Shown: piece by piece, positions 1 to 13,350 of the stretch
Numbering within the stretch: the stretch's first letter is position 1
How the letters are laid out: each line of letters opens with the position of its first letter
Notes under the pieces: generated by a model
Told to the model about the DNA's origin: nothing
What the model saw: only the letters and a program-made list of their open reading frames with translations
The model's database searches: none
Made by a program: the position numbers and the translations under genes
Source of the DNA: the human T2T-CHM13v2.0 reference genome, Homo sapiens
DNA: 64,000 nt
Assembly: GCF_009914755.1 (NCBI RefSeq)
Contig: NC_060933.1
Reading direction: 5' to 3' (one strand)

Positions 1-344
1 CTGTCATCTACAGCATCATGAGTATTGGTGATGTTGCATTTTTTAAGAAAATGCTCCAACCAACCTTTCCAGGAATTCCATCCAAACCACTGACACCCAT
101 CTTTCTACTCTGGATGCATGCACACACCATGGCACCCACATCCCGACTGCTATCTGACCAGCAGGGATTGAGAGATGCCTCCCCATTTCAGAGATGTAAT
201 GTATGGAACAGGGGAATCCGTGTCATAGCTGTAACACCTTGCCCTATCAATTGGGATTTAATAATGGTTTCCCATATTACTATGATAGTCTGCGATGGAC
301 AGGTACTGATCTTGTATATTATATGCCATCATACCTAAGTCCAA

Positions 345-830
345 TTGTAAAATTCATTTATTCATCCATCTATGTGCCCAGTCATATAACACAGGGGTCC
401 CCTGTTAGAGGTCTATGGCCTGTTAGGAACAAGGCCACACAGCAGCAAGTGAGTGGCAGGCAAGTGAGCATTACCGCCAGAGCTCTGCCTCCGGTCAGAT
501 TAATGGCAGCATTAGATTCTCATAGGAGCACAAACCCTATTGTGAACTGTGCGTATGAGGGATCTAGGTTGCCTGCTCCTTATGAGAATGTAATGAGGTG
601 GAAAAGTTTTATCCTGAAACCATCCATCCCTCTCCGATCCATGGAAAAATTGTCTTCCATGAAACTGATCCCTGGTGCCAGAACATTTGGAGACCACTGA
701 TATAACACATTTATTGAAGGTCCAATATTCCTGAGGTAAAATGGTAGGTACTAAGAGTACAAAGATAGCTAATATAGGGTCCTGGCCTTGTGAAATTGCA
801 ACAAAATTGAAAAATAGACTTAAATCCAGT
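345..830 (-). mobile_element. L2 3'-end relic, split by MER1
   Basis: TTCATTTATTCATCC ... CATTTATTGA ... GGTACTAAGAGTACAAAGAT resembles an antisense L2 3' end. Confidence 0.5.
392..699 (+). mobile_element. MER1 (MER1B-like) hAT-Charlie non-autonomous DNA transposon
   Basis: Starts CAGGGGTCCC and ends GACCACTG. Typical MER1 body (GGCATTAGATTCTCATAGGAGC-like segment, GGAAAAATTGTCTTCCA). Perfect 8-bp TSD ATATAACA at 384-391 and 700-707. Interrupts an L2 relic. Confidence 0.9.
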
Positions 831-2292
831 AGTGATTAATACATTATGGTGTCATCAGTGAAACAATGGAGATATGTAAAAGGTACTTATTACAAAAAAA
901 AGAAAAGCAATCGTTAGAATATGGTGGGATCAATGAAAGAAACATGTAATAAGTACCTATTACAAAGAAAGTATCTTTGCTTGGGTGGGCTGAACAGAGG
1001 AGACCTAGACCTGCTGTTGAGGGCAAGGAGATTCCTGGTAGAGGAAAGAGCTTGCCTTCTTTAAAAGCAAGCCATACATATGTCTGAGCTATATTGTACT
1101 CAGGTAGAAAGCACTGCCTAGGTAGAACCACCACTGTCCATCCCTGACTGGTGCTATTGCGCTCTTTACAATGCAGTCAGGTCTTTCACTTTTGTAGACC
1201 TCTCAAGATTGGTGAACCACAGCCTTAAACAGGTGGCATGCTCTAACTTCAACAGCAAACCAGGGGAAATCAGAGAGAAAACTGGAAACATGTGGGCCAC
1301 AGCCAACAGGGCTAACCCAGGTATGCAGTGGCCCCAGAAGAAGCTAAGCCACAGTGCACATGGCATTAAACCAGGGGCATGTGATCTTGTGGCTGACACT
1401 CAAGGGGTGATGATAGCATTTCCTGGCAGACACGCTGTTATGGCTAGCCACCCAGCAGCATTGTCTTTGTAGTGAAATCCCGTCAACAACTGCAAGGGGA
1501 AAACAGGTCTTTTCCTAGAGCTGTAGGAAGAGTCACACCTTAGTCGTAGGGGTTCCACAGATGTTCCAACCTAGGGAAATTGGAACAGTTACAGGAATCA
1601 GGGTAGAATCTAGTCCTGGGAAAACCCAGGAGGACTTAGAAATATTGTTCAATGTGCCCCTCTAAAATCAGTAGCTTCTCCTAGGCACATAGGCTTCATG
1701 TTGCAAGACTAGTGCATGATCCTGTCATGTTTGTCACCTCTTCCTTTGGGAGACAGGAGACCTCTAAGAGACTCCCAGAACTGTTCAGGATTGGCCCAGA
1801 GAATTTCTCAAACTAAACTCACAGGGAGCATCCTTTTGGTCCTCATAGCTAATGGAAAGTGATACTCATAGTTTTAAGAGGGAACGGAAATTCCTGGATG
1901 ATAAATAACTACCTAAGTTTATCCAGCTAGTTAGTAGTGGGGTTTGAACCCAAGCTTTCGGATTCCAAATTCCTTAAGAGGCACGCTGATATCTGATAAG
2001 AAGGGAGGCTCCTTCTCCCTTGAATTTATCAGCCTTGCCTGAAGGGAAAATCAAATTTTTCCCAAGCTGCTTTTCTTTTTCCCAGTCAGAGGAATATAAG
2101 AAGAAATATCCATGGCCCCAACTGCAACTTTCTTACTAGAATGAATAAATTTTTCTATCTTTTTTTTTTTCTTTTGATTGGAGCCCAGCTTTCATTGGGT
2201 TCCAGTGCACTAGTAGATGGATTCACTGCATTGCTAGCAGAGGAGCATCAGTGACTGGTGTTTTCTCCTGCTTCTGATGGCAGGCACCTTGA

Positions 2293-2654
<362 letters not shown>

Positions 2655-4174
2655 TTCCCTGGGGCTTTCTGTTCTCAAACAGTAGGGCCACCTGGGCACG
2701 GATCTTGATCCACTTTACAGAGGCAGGCTGTACCAGGGCCTTTCCTCCCATAGAAGAAAGCCACCCCTCTCTTTGTTGCTCCATTTTATCTCACATGGCA
2801 CCTTCCTATGCGTTAACAGCCCAGGCTAGTGGGGGCTGGGTAGCCTAGGGAGCTAAAGAGTAAGAATTGGCAAAAGCTACATGATATTTTTAAAATTTCT
2901 TGTTTTCTTGACACTGACCCTGCTCAATGTATTTTGAATTGTCTTTCCAATGGGGTGGAAGTGAAGGGGTGGATATTGGTATAGGCTAAGACCTTATTTA
3001 ATCCCCTTGGCATTAGCCATGCTACAAAGTCTTTGCTAGAGCAGTCTTCGTTAGTTAGTGTTTTCTAAGATATTTGGCCATATTTCCTTCTGTGTTTAAT
3101 ACTGTTAGCATACAACTTGGAGGATAGAAGAGGTAAGTAATAGAATCTGAGCCCTAAAACCCAAACTCAACCTTAAATCCCTAACAACAGCACCATCCAC
3201 AATCAATAGCAGCTACTCAGCTGATGGTAGGTACATTTCAGTAAATGCTTTACTATATAAAGAAATTCATGTCTATGTGTATCGTTACTGTGTTTCTTCA
3301 TCTACAGAGCTCATTAATTTTCACATTTTCTAATCAGTTAGTCCAAACACCTCTTTTACCTCCTAGAAACTAAGATTTGACATTTAGCATATGTTATGCT
3401 CATTCAGTTTCCATATGAGGCAGTGACATTTCTAAACCATACCATAGGCTATTATGAGTTATTTTCATTCAGTAGAAGCCAAGATAAACAGTGCATCTCT
3501 GCCTTTTGACAGCAATTGTTTGTTTGGAAATAAATGATTTCCCTGGTAATGTGGCATGAAAATAAAATTATAACAATCAGAAAGTTTTGCATACTAAAGA
3601 GAAGCAGACAGTGCAGAGTTAAAAGCAGGGAATGAGTCACATTGCCATTTGGAAAACAATTCCTAAAACACACTTGTAAAATGCCAACTAAAGAGACATT
3701 CAGCTACAAAATAACAGTTTCATCTGATCAGAATTTTTGGCACGATGTAAAATTATTTTCTATGATTAGCGCTTCCTACGTTAAAGAACTTTCGTTATTT
3801 TCATGAGAGCATTTTCGAAAAGAAAAAGAAACAGAAGTAGCAATGTCTTCTTAGGAGTGCCAAAATGTTTCTTTAATTTAAAACAATATCTCAAGTTGAA
3901 ATTTTCAAGTTAGAAACAAAGATTTCCTCCAGTGATTTGAGGTGTATTCTTCACAATGCAAAGTTGTTGGACCAAATTTATGTTTCCAAAATTATTGAGA
4001 ATCTTTGCCGTCTACCAAGCAATCACTTTGGCTATTTATCTAGTTGATAATAAATAACTGTTTTGATTTAACTTTGTATTTTTGACGTGTTCTTCAACGT
4101 TTCAGAAATTCAAAATTATTTCGGGGAAAAGAGCCCCAGGCCTGTGAAATGTCCTCTGAATATATAATGGTTAA

Positions 4175-4262
4175 TTTACTGTGTGGCTTTGGACAAGTCA
4201 ATTAAATTTGCTAGGGCTTAGTTTTCTCATTTGTAAAATTAAGAGGTTAAACTAGATGGCCC
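4175..4262 (+). mobile_element. MIR fragment
   Basis: Core-like TGTGGCTTTGGACAAGTCA...AGTTTTCTCATTTGTAAAAT. Confidence 0.65.
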
Positions 4263-4775
4263 TGTTGGAGATTCATCTTTGTTTTTAATTCTCTTTCCTT
4301 TATTGCTTATTTTACTTTGGAAAGGAAGGTTATATTTTATAATACTGCCAAGCAGGTGCAACTATTGCATTTCTCTTTTACTCAGACAATTATTTCCATT
4401 CTCTTATTTCATTGGCTCTTATTTGCAGTAACAACGAAATGTAGACAAAATGCTTCATGTGTGTGAAATAATTTGAGCCTTATTCTCTAACATACTGTGA
4501 CTTTTAGTAAGGAACCTATGCTTTAGCATTGTGTGAGGACTGGCAAAATGACATTTGCACTACATTTTGGAGTGGAAAAATAACAGCTATGTACCACTGA
4601 AAAGCCTGTTATTTTTATCAGATAATGTGCCAACAAGAAAACAATACAACACTGAGTTCTCAGACTGTTTGGCTGGGTATGCTGATCTGAATGCATATTC
4701 TTTGAAATATCATTTGCATGTTTACAGTTACTCCTGAAATGTCTTCTAAACAATATGCCATTCTAGTTTGCAAAT

Positions 4776-5288
4776 TGTGGCAGGCAGCCTCTAAGTTTCC
4801 CCCAGTGAGGCTCACTTCCCCTGTTAAATAGGATTGACCAGTTGGAACCAATAGGAGATTGTGGAATTGCTGGTGTGTGACTTCTGAGGCTAGATACTAA
4901 AGGACATGTGGCTTCCACCTTGCACTCTCTTGAATTATTCACTTGGGTGGAAGTCAGCCACTAGGCCATAAGGACACTCTGGCAGTTTTATGCAAAGGTA
5001 CATGTGGTGAGGAAGTGAGGCCTCTTGCGAGCAGCCAGTATTGACTTGGCAATGACTGAGAGAGCTGTCTTAGAATCAAATCTTCCTACCCCAGTCAATC
5101 CCTCAGATGACTGTTGTCCCAATTGTCATATTTACAGCAATCTCATGAGAGTCTTTGATTCAGAGCCACATAGCTAAACTACCCTGGTATTCCTGAGCCA
5201 CAGAAATTATGTAAAATAAATATTTATAATTGTTTTAAGTTGCCACAGTTTAGGAATAATTTGTTCACTGCAACAGATAACTAATACA
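4776..5288 (+). mobile_element. MaLR solo LTR (MLT1F-like)
   Basis: Starts TGTGG and ends GATAACTAATACA. Has AATAAA and TGTTTTAAG motifs typical of MLT1 3' ends. Confidence 0.8.
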
Positions 5289-7639
5289 CAAGCCAAAGAA
5301 AATGTAGTGGGTATTCATTTTTTTTGGCCAGTAATTCATGTGTGGGAAAGAAAATAATGTTCTTTATTAGTCTATAACACAACTTAATCTCTGTTTGAAA
5401 CCCTATTCTGTCTGATTACAGGGAAAAATAACCTTCATACATTCTGGGATAATTCAGTAACTTCAGATTTTAACTCAGTTAATTTAGAACTTTTTTTCTT
5501 CGTGCTCCCATTTGCCTAGGAGTGGCATCTCTTATTGGAGGCTTACCTAGTGTCATGGTATCAGGAGTATGTATAGCTGTCTTATCCCTGGCCTTTGTAA
5601 TATGTCCAGTTAAAAATATTAATGAAATACATAAGTGACCATAGGTGCATTACCAATAAGAAATATAAAGATGGACTTTTCAATATTCTTTCTAGGTCAA
5701 TGCTTTTTACTATTTTATCAGCTCTAATATTTCATTAAAATCCAGGGGAATTGTAGAGGACACAGAACAAGCCCATAAAGTCCAAATTAAAATTCTATGG
5801 CTTCCTGGAGAGTTAGAAGGCCAATATTAATTTAAATGTGTGAATTCTTTCAAAAATTCATTCTCTTGCTATGTGTCATGGGCTAGCCATGAAGGTTTGT
5901 CAATACCCCAAAGCTATTCTAGATGGGCAGAAAGTGTAAGAAGCTACTTTAACATGAGTTGATTCTTTAAAGTGAACGCTCATTTGGGTAATTACCCTCA
6001 CTGCCTCAAACTGCCTTCAATATTTTAAAACAAAAAAAATATTTTTTTTTACCTGCAACTTTATTCTTTCTGGAATAGCTGTCATTGTTCTCCCCTACAG
6101 TCAGATAGAAATGAATATGTTGGATAAATGACAAATAAAAAGTATCAGTGAGAGAAATGTGGATTATTAACATTCGAGATTGGAGTTGCCACACAGTGAA
6201 TCACATACTTAGAAGGATATAGCACAAGACTCTTGAAAATTACATTAACTATGACAGTCGATCATGACAAACACTACAATGTGACACATCCCTTCATATG
6301 ATATACCTCAGAAATAAACAAAATCAACCCTTATATTACACCTCATTTGAAGGCTTTCCTTTTTGTTTCTTAGCCTTTGTTTCAGTACTGGAATTTAAAT
6401 GACTTTCATCATGTTCCAAGTTCAGTTATATCTCCAGGGTTAGGCCGTTTCATCAAAGTAACAGCCTAAGACACATTCCTATGCACAGCTCTCTTTCTAT
6501 TTTTATCATGGCAAAGCAATTCACCTGTTAGCTTCTAAAATTCTCACATATGCTGAAGGGTCAAAATAATTCATTGAGAGAATAATAATGAGGGAAATCC
6601 TCTCCTTTTGGAAGACAGAAAATTTCATGGCCCATTTGTTCTTTTTATTTTTCTTGCTATTTCTTAATTTCTGGGTAAATATTACTTGTAAAAATAATCT
6701 GAGTTCTCAAACCATACTAATGTGCCCCTTTGCGTTACATGCATTTAGATGTGTATTTAGTTTTCTGCGATGCAGAAAATTTTAAATGATCTATTTTGAG
6801 GTTGCTTTATCATTTCAAATGGTTGATTTTGATACACTTTTTGGTATGTGAAATCAAGTCATAAAGAAATATTATGACAAATTGCAAAATGTGATGATAG
6901 AACAATATTAAGTTCTACAATAATGATTAAATAAAAGAAAATAATGCAAAAATACTGTTATTATAGGAAGCATTATAATGACCTTAAAATGAGATTATTT
7001 CTGTTGTATTTCATATCTAAAATTAGTTAGAAAAACATACAAATTATGATTTTTGTGTCAAGGTGAAAGGTAAGGAATATAAGGAGAACAGTGGGTATAA
7101 TTATTGTGATAACAAGTGACATGCTGAATTGAGGGAACTGTCAATTATCTTGTCCCTTTTAATTTCCACTGCAACATTTGGGACTATCAGTGAAATGTAT
7201 TCTTAGAGAGATACAATATTCTATTTAAAGTCAGGGAATTCTACTCTGTGAACAAGGACATTCCATTCCCAAAAATAATTTTCACTGTGATATTTTAGAG
7301 CCTTAGAAATACTATTCTGGTTTGGTAATGCTTTTATTCTCTATTGGCTGTGTAGACATTATTTGGAAACATGTAGACTTGCTGTAATTATTGTATCTAT
7401 GATGGGCTCTGTAATCAGAGAAGACTTCCCCTTATCTTCCAAACCATAATCTTAAAGTGGTATTTTTCCAGTAGGAAAAGACACTCTGTCAACTCTATTA
7501 CTTTCATTATCAATATAAAAAGTATCTGTTGAATGGCTAGTAAATATCTGTTCCCATACAAGTATTGCACTCAACTAGCAATACATACTAATTGTAAAAC
7601 ACAGCCTGGCAGGTTGCTCATAACCTTATTTACTTGCTT

Positions 7640-8911
7640 CATAAACATAGTTGGAAAAAGCCTAAACAAAATATCAAACTAAATTTAGTAGAATAAAAAG
7701 AAGCTATTATATCACACATGTAACTGAGTTCATCCCAGAAATGCCAAGAGTGGTTTAACATTAGAAAAAAGTAAATGTAATTCATCACATTAATGAAGTA
7801 AAGAAGAAAAGTCACATACCAACTAAATAGAAGCAGAATAATCATTTGATAAAATACAACACGTATTCGGCTTAAAAATAATTCAGCAATCTCTGAGAAG
7901 AGAAGAAAATATTTTTCTCTCAACAAAGATTATCTAAAAATACTTAAAGCAAACTTCATTATTAATAGAGAAACGTTGGAAGTACTCCCTTTAAAATTAG
8001 GACCAAAATAAGGTGCTCTATCACTGTGTATATTAAACATTTACCAAAGCCCCTTGTCAATTTAGGAGGAAAAGAAGAAAAAAATTAAAGGCATAAAGAT
8101 CAGGATGAAAGTAACAAAATGCTCATTATTTTTAGATTGGTGATTTACACTATTTACTAGAATAAAAAAGAGAATAGAGCAAAATGAGTATATATAAGAT
8201 CAATATACAAACATCAATTGCATTTTTAAATATCAACAAAACTTTGTTATTTCTTAAAAAATGACATTTAATATAGCAATGAAAAAATATAAGATCCTTG
8301 GGAATCTAACAAATTGTGCCAAATCTGTTTGGAGAAATTGTAAAACTTTATGGAAAGACATAAAAGACGACTTATTTTGTTAAATTTATCAGATATACAG
8401 ATAGAAAGATCTAATATCATAAAGATTTAAATTCTGCCTAATCTGATCTATAGTGTCAATACAATTCCAGTAAAAAAAAAATTGAATTTTTAGACAATTG
8501 AAAAGTTATTTCTAAAAGGCATATCAAAGAACAAAAAATCCCAGAGTGGACAATGAGGGAGAGGGATTTACCCCATGCACATCAATATTTATTAGAAAGC
8601 TTTACAAATTATGGCAGTGTGGTATTGGGGCAGCCTGTGTTACAAACAGAAAAGAAAGCCCCAAAATACATGCACATTTATCAATACTTGATATATTACA
8701 GAAATACTATTTAACAACACTGCTGAGACAATTAGTTACTTATATGGGAAAAGATAAAATTGTATCCCTACCTTATACCACACACAAAATAATTTCCAGA
8801 TAGATTAAAGCCTCACATGTGAACGGCGAAACTTTAAAGCATTTAGAAGGAAATACAGGAGAATACCTCTTTGATTTTGGTATAAGGAAAACATTTCTTA
8901 AATGAAGAAGT
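7640..8911 (+). mobile_element. Old L1 (L1M/L1ME-type) ORF2 segment, 5' part
   Basis: Degenerate A-rich ORF2 RT-region sequence (TTCATCCCAGAAATGC..., TACCACACACAAAATAATTTCCAGATAGATT). Continues at 14502. Confidence 0.8.
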
Positions 8912-9095
8912 TATCTTAGTTTGTTCAGGCTGCCATAACAAAATACCATGCACTGAGTAGCTTATGAACAATAAACATTTATTTCTCAGAGTTCTGGAGA
9001 CTGGGAAGTTCAAGGTTAAGGTACCAGCAGATTGTCTGGTGAGGGCCCACTTTCTGGTTCATAGACGGTCTTTTTGCAGTGTCCTCACATTATGG
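8912..9095 (-). mobile_element. MLT1A-type MaLR LTR, left part (split by the ERV)
   Basis: TCTTAGTTTGTTCAGGCTGCCATAACAAAATACC...TTTATTTCTCAGAGTTCTGGAGACTGGGAAG. TSD GAAGT/GAAGC at 8907-8911 and 14502-14506. Confidence 0.85.
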
Positions 9096-10068
9096 CGAAG
9101 CAGGATGTTTCTCTTGCCCTTTTGCAAGACTTGCCATAGGGGTGCCTCGTTTACCCAGCCTGCAGCTTTCAACTCCTCATGGGAGGGAGCATGCAAGTGA
9201 ATGAGGCAGGAACTGGAGTGCATGAATGCTAGAACCAGCCGGCTACTTTGGCACTGGCAGGAACAAACTCACTTCACTGACTGGGACCCTGTGTTCCACC
9301 CCTTGCAGGAGGGAGCATGGAGGTGAGCAGGTGCAGGAGCCAGGGCAAGTGCTTTTGGGTGTCAGCAGGAGCAAAACTCCGTGCAGGCCCCACAGCAGTG
9401 TCTTGGCAGGGTGCCAACAACCCCTGAAGCCCCAGAGGGTGCAATACAGTGCTTTTTTAGCTCTGCCATCCATGGACAGCTTAAGTGTTAACAGCTCAGT
9501 GGGCCCTCTGCTTTTTTGCAAAAGGTGACTGCCTTCTGCCAGCACAGGGTAAGTTTGGCAGCCTTTTGTATCTGTAATTGTGGCACCTGAGCTCTTGTCC
9601 GGTGTCCAGAAGAAATCAGATCACAAAAACAAATTGAAGGATGGTAAATGTGGGGGACTTTATTGCCAAAGAAGTGGCTCTCAGCAGGAAGGGGAGTTGA
9701 AAAGAGGACGGGGTGGGAAGGTGGTCCTCTCCTGAAGTTGGGCTGTCTCCAGCCAGTTTCTTCTCTGAAGTTATGCCATCAAGCTGTCCCTATGAAGTCA
9801 AGCCACTTCTCTCCAATGTCCAGCCATAGTCTTCGATATCCAGCTGCTACTCCTTTCTCTGCCAGCTGTGTCTGGGGTATTTATAGGCACAGGATCAGGG
9901 CTGGTTGGGGCCATACATGGTTTTGGGAAAGGCAACATTTGAGCAGGAAAACAGGGATAGAAGTTCTCACTTTGGGCCACAGTTTCAGGCCTTTTGACTT
10001 GAGAATGGGGCTATTGCCAGGGACCCACCCTTTTCTGCCTAGAAATTTTCTGCCTCCTGCCCCCATCA
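9096..10068 (-). repeat. 3' LTR of the ERV (LTR28-like)
   Basis: Minus strand starts TGATGGGGGCAGGAGGCAGAAAATTTCTAGGCAGAAAAGGGTGGGTCC, preceded by purine-rich AGGGGACA. Homologous to 13351-14328. Confidence 0.88.
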
Positions 10069-10208
10069 TGTCCCCTGACTGAAGAGGCACATCTAATTGC
10101 CACTAGAATACGGACGATGCCTGATTTTAGCTACTTCTTGCTAACAGGGGGTGTGGTTTTGGGGAGAACGAGCTGTCAGATTCCTCCCAGAAGTCTACCT
10201 AAGGGTCC

Positions 10209-10490
10209 CTAGCAAAAGGGAACCATCATCCAAGGCGCTGGTTTCCTGACTGTTTGGAGTTCGATGGCATCTAGGCAAGAAGACACAAGTTTTACAAGGT
10301 TAAGTATGCATGGATCAAATATGTGTATTATGCAACAAGGGGTTAAAAGGAAAGAATCTAGTGCCAAGGACAACAGAAATAAGAAGTGAAATACACTAAT
10401 CATTCTGAAAACATTACTGTACCCCATGGTATAGAACAGAATGAAGGTAAGAACAGCAATCATAGGCAAGACCATAAAAAGACTATCCAT
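10209..10490 (-). pseudogene. ERV env remnant (hydrophobic N-terminus joined to a TM-tail-like segment)
   Basis: PCILNLVKLVSSCLDAIELQTV resembles the gammaretroviral TM tail GPCIFNLLVKFVSSRIEAIKLQ. Lies just upstream of the 3' LTR. Confidence 0.75.
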
Positions 10491-10653
10491 GGAAGGTTAA
10501 TTATTAATGCTTATCTTTTGAGATCTTTAGCTTGAGGTCCCTGATCTCTTCACATTGGTATTTTTGGTGCTCTTCTGAGTTGCTGGAGGTAACTCTGTCA
10601 GCTTCCCAGGACTTTACTCAGATACAATAAATTCAAGAATCTATTCCAGTGAC

Positions 10654-11853
10654 CTATTCTAAAAGACCAAGGTGGTCACTTTCAGGAGGTTCTCTAAAGT
10701 ACCATCTGGTCCCAGGGCCTGTTTCCACAGCTTCCTCCTGATATCAGGGGCTGCCTAAGTAATAAATTTATCCTTTAGAATTAGTTGTCCCCCAACTGAA
10801 TCAGGAGATACAGAGGTGTTGCTTTATCAAGGCCTCTCTTAGCCTTTCCAGGAAGGCATTGGGATTCTCATCAAATACTTGGTCTATCATGGATAGCTTG
10901 GTACAGTTGAGAAGCTTAGTTCTAGTCTTACATAAGCCCTCTATTATGCACGCCTGAAAACATCTCCTCTTCCATTCTCCCATCTTGTCACTGGGATCCC
11001 ATTTAGAGTCTGCATCTCTCCCAGCTGGATAAAGTTCGGCCCCTTCCCTGACACTATATGTGATACACAGCTCATCCCCAAATCTCTCTGCTGCTTGCAA
11101 AGTGGCCTGCTTCTCAGTGTTAAGGTTTGATTCAAAAGTAATATAATGTCTTTCCAGAAGAGCTCGAATACTTGGTTTAAATTCTGGAAACAATCTATAT
11201 ATCTGTCAGGGTCATCTAAAAACTTGCCAAGATACCCACTTAATTTTCCTTAAGTCTTGTACAGAAAAGGAGACCTGGACCTTACTGGGACCAAATTCAC
11301 CAGGCATCTGTTGGAGGGCCAAGAGTGAGACTGGGGCTTGTGTAGGGTGAGGATTTCTAGGAGGGGCAAAAGAGAGAGAGAAAAAAATACTGGACAGGGA
11401 GTATAGAATGGACCTGGAGGAGCAGGGCTAAAGGGAGTTGGTTCCCCTGTTGGAGGTACCTCTGGGGTTTGTTTCTTTTTGTTTCTTTAGTTCCCTGGGA
11501 TTGCCCCTTGCAGCCTCCCCTGAGATGGCAAACAGGAAGGCTGGATGAATCCTACACTGTTGGCAAAGGTCTGGGTTAGCCTGCAAGGCAAAGAAAGTCT
11601 GCATATATAGAGCCTCAGACCATTTGCCCTCACGTTTACAGAAAAGGTCCAAAGGCAGGATGGTATCAAAATGAATGGTTCCTTCCTGAGGCCAAGCCAG
11701 TCCTTTCTGCAGATCATAATTTGGCCTAAGCTTTGTGCAAAGAGCTATGAGGCATTTTTCCCCCAGAGTATGAGGGTCAAAGCAGTCCCAGTGATTAAGG
11801 ATACACTCCAGAGGAGTATAGATTGAGGATGGTGAAGATAGTTGGTTGCCCAT
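10654..11853 (-). pseudogene. ERV gag (MA-CA), frameshifted with stops
   Basis: MGNQLS..TPLECILNHWDCFDP (MA); LLALQQMPGEFGPSKVQVSFS; ENPNAFLERLREAL; QLILKDKFIT*AAPDIRRKL (CA). These are HERV-W/ERV9/HUERS-type motifs. Confidence 0.9.
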
Positions 11854-13330
11854 TCTGAAAGAGGGAAGAAGGCGTCCTCATTTCCCTTCCCTCTTTCAGC
11901 AAAAACTCTGGGTGTGAGGGAGAAGGAAGAAGCCTTCCTCATTTCCCTTCCCTCTTTCAGCAAAAACTCTTGCTGTGAGGGAAAGAGAAAACAGGCATCC
12001 CCCTTTTCTCTTCTGACTTTTTATCCCTGAGACCCAGCAACCTTAGACGGACGCACCCATGGGTGCAATTGCAGCCTGCACTCATGAAGCAGGGAGGTCC
12101 TAGAGAATAGTAATTATCTGCACTCACCAATGCCTCTATTCCTCCTACTGTGGCAACCTTTGGGTTCCCTAGGCCCTATCTATGCCGTGGAGCATGGTCT
12201 CCTTTCGTGAAGCGGGGGCTTAATCGGAAGGAATTAGTCTGCCCATTTACACTGTGCCTGTTGCCTGGCTTTGGAACCCTCAGATATGGTTTTCCTTTCT
12301 AGGACTTCAACCCAAAGTTTATAATTGAATTTGGGACCAAAAAAGTGTCTCCGGGGGTACATGGATTCATTTAGCTTAAGTCCCAGACAGGCTTTGCCAA
12401 ATTTGTAGTTATTAGCCAGTGGGGTCGCTCATCTGCTTGTTCCCCATCATAAGCAGAGTACTAAGGTAGGAAAAGAACTCTGTTGCATAGACAAGGAAGG
12501 AGAAAAAATATATAGTTTAAGGTGGGGAAGAACCTCTTGCTCTATACAACAGAGTTCCTTTAATTACTGTATCCTTTCCCAAGTTTGGACTGAGCTGAAG
12601 CCCTCAGCCAGGGGAGAAAACACTCTGTGGGTGTGTGATGGGAGGGGACAGCGAGTGAGAAACACTGGCCAACTGGCTGCGTGGGGCCCCTGACACTGCC
12701 CTGGGGCCCTGGCAGCAGCTGCGGTTCTCTCCCACCACATGTGGCCATTGGGTGTGGCACGTGCATGCAGTGAATATGACCAAGTGCCCCGGATGGGAGA
12801 GGAGCAGGGGAGGAGGGGAGCCGCTGTGTGCTGCACGTGCCTGCGGGTATTGAGGTGGGGGTGGAGATGGCACCTCTCAGAACAGATGGCAATCACATTG
12901 TTCTGAATTACATATCTGGGGCTGGGCCAAATGCTTATTCTACCTAATAACATTTCTGCACTTTGTAGCAATACCCTTATCATTATAAAAGAAGGGATAC
13001 GAGCCATTTCAAACCACAAAAGAAAGAAAGGAAAGATACCATAGAAAAGTCTGGGGGTCTTGATAGATGCCCTAATAGGTAGTCAGGGATGGGGGCCAGT
13101 CTAGAGGCCTTCCAGCAACAACAAGGAGTGTCCTTGACCAGATGCTTTCAATTGCCCAGGACTTTATTCTAGCTCCACACGACGGCTATACCTCTGTGAA
13201 GGGAAACAGAGCCAACATTCCTTTCACCTGAAAGAAAGAGGTGGCAGGGTTGCATCCTGTCCTCTGCAAATGGCATAACTCAGTGAAGAGACAGATCCGG
13301 CAGATCCTCATTTACTCACCCTTTTGATGC

Positions 13331-13348
13331 ATCCCAGACAGGACCCCA
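13331..13348 (-). promoter_or_regulatory. Primer-binding site, tRNA-Pro-like
   Basis: Minus strand TGGGGTCCTGTCTGGGAT, 2 nt after the 5' LTR, versus canonical PBS-Pro TGGGGGCTCGTCCGGGAT. Confidence 0.75.
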
Positions 13349-13350
13349 GA

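Noticed and set aside
203-700. 165-aa ORF
   Set aside because: Mostly runs through MER1 and L2 sequence; no recognisable domain.
1209-1472. 87-aa ORF with a possible donor CCAG|GTATGC
   Set aside because: No recognisable homology and no convincing acceptor.
9226-10090. Several overlapping ORFs
   Set aside because: Chance ORFs in the GC-rich LTR.
12560-13019. Overlapping minus-strand ORFs and a GC-rich patch
   Set aside because: ERV leader sequence; not a CpG-island promoter or a recognisable protein.
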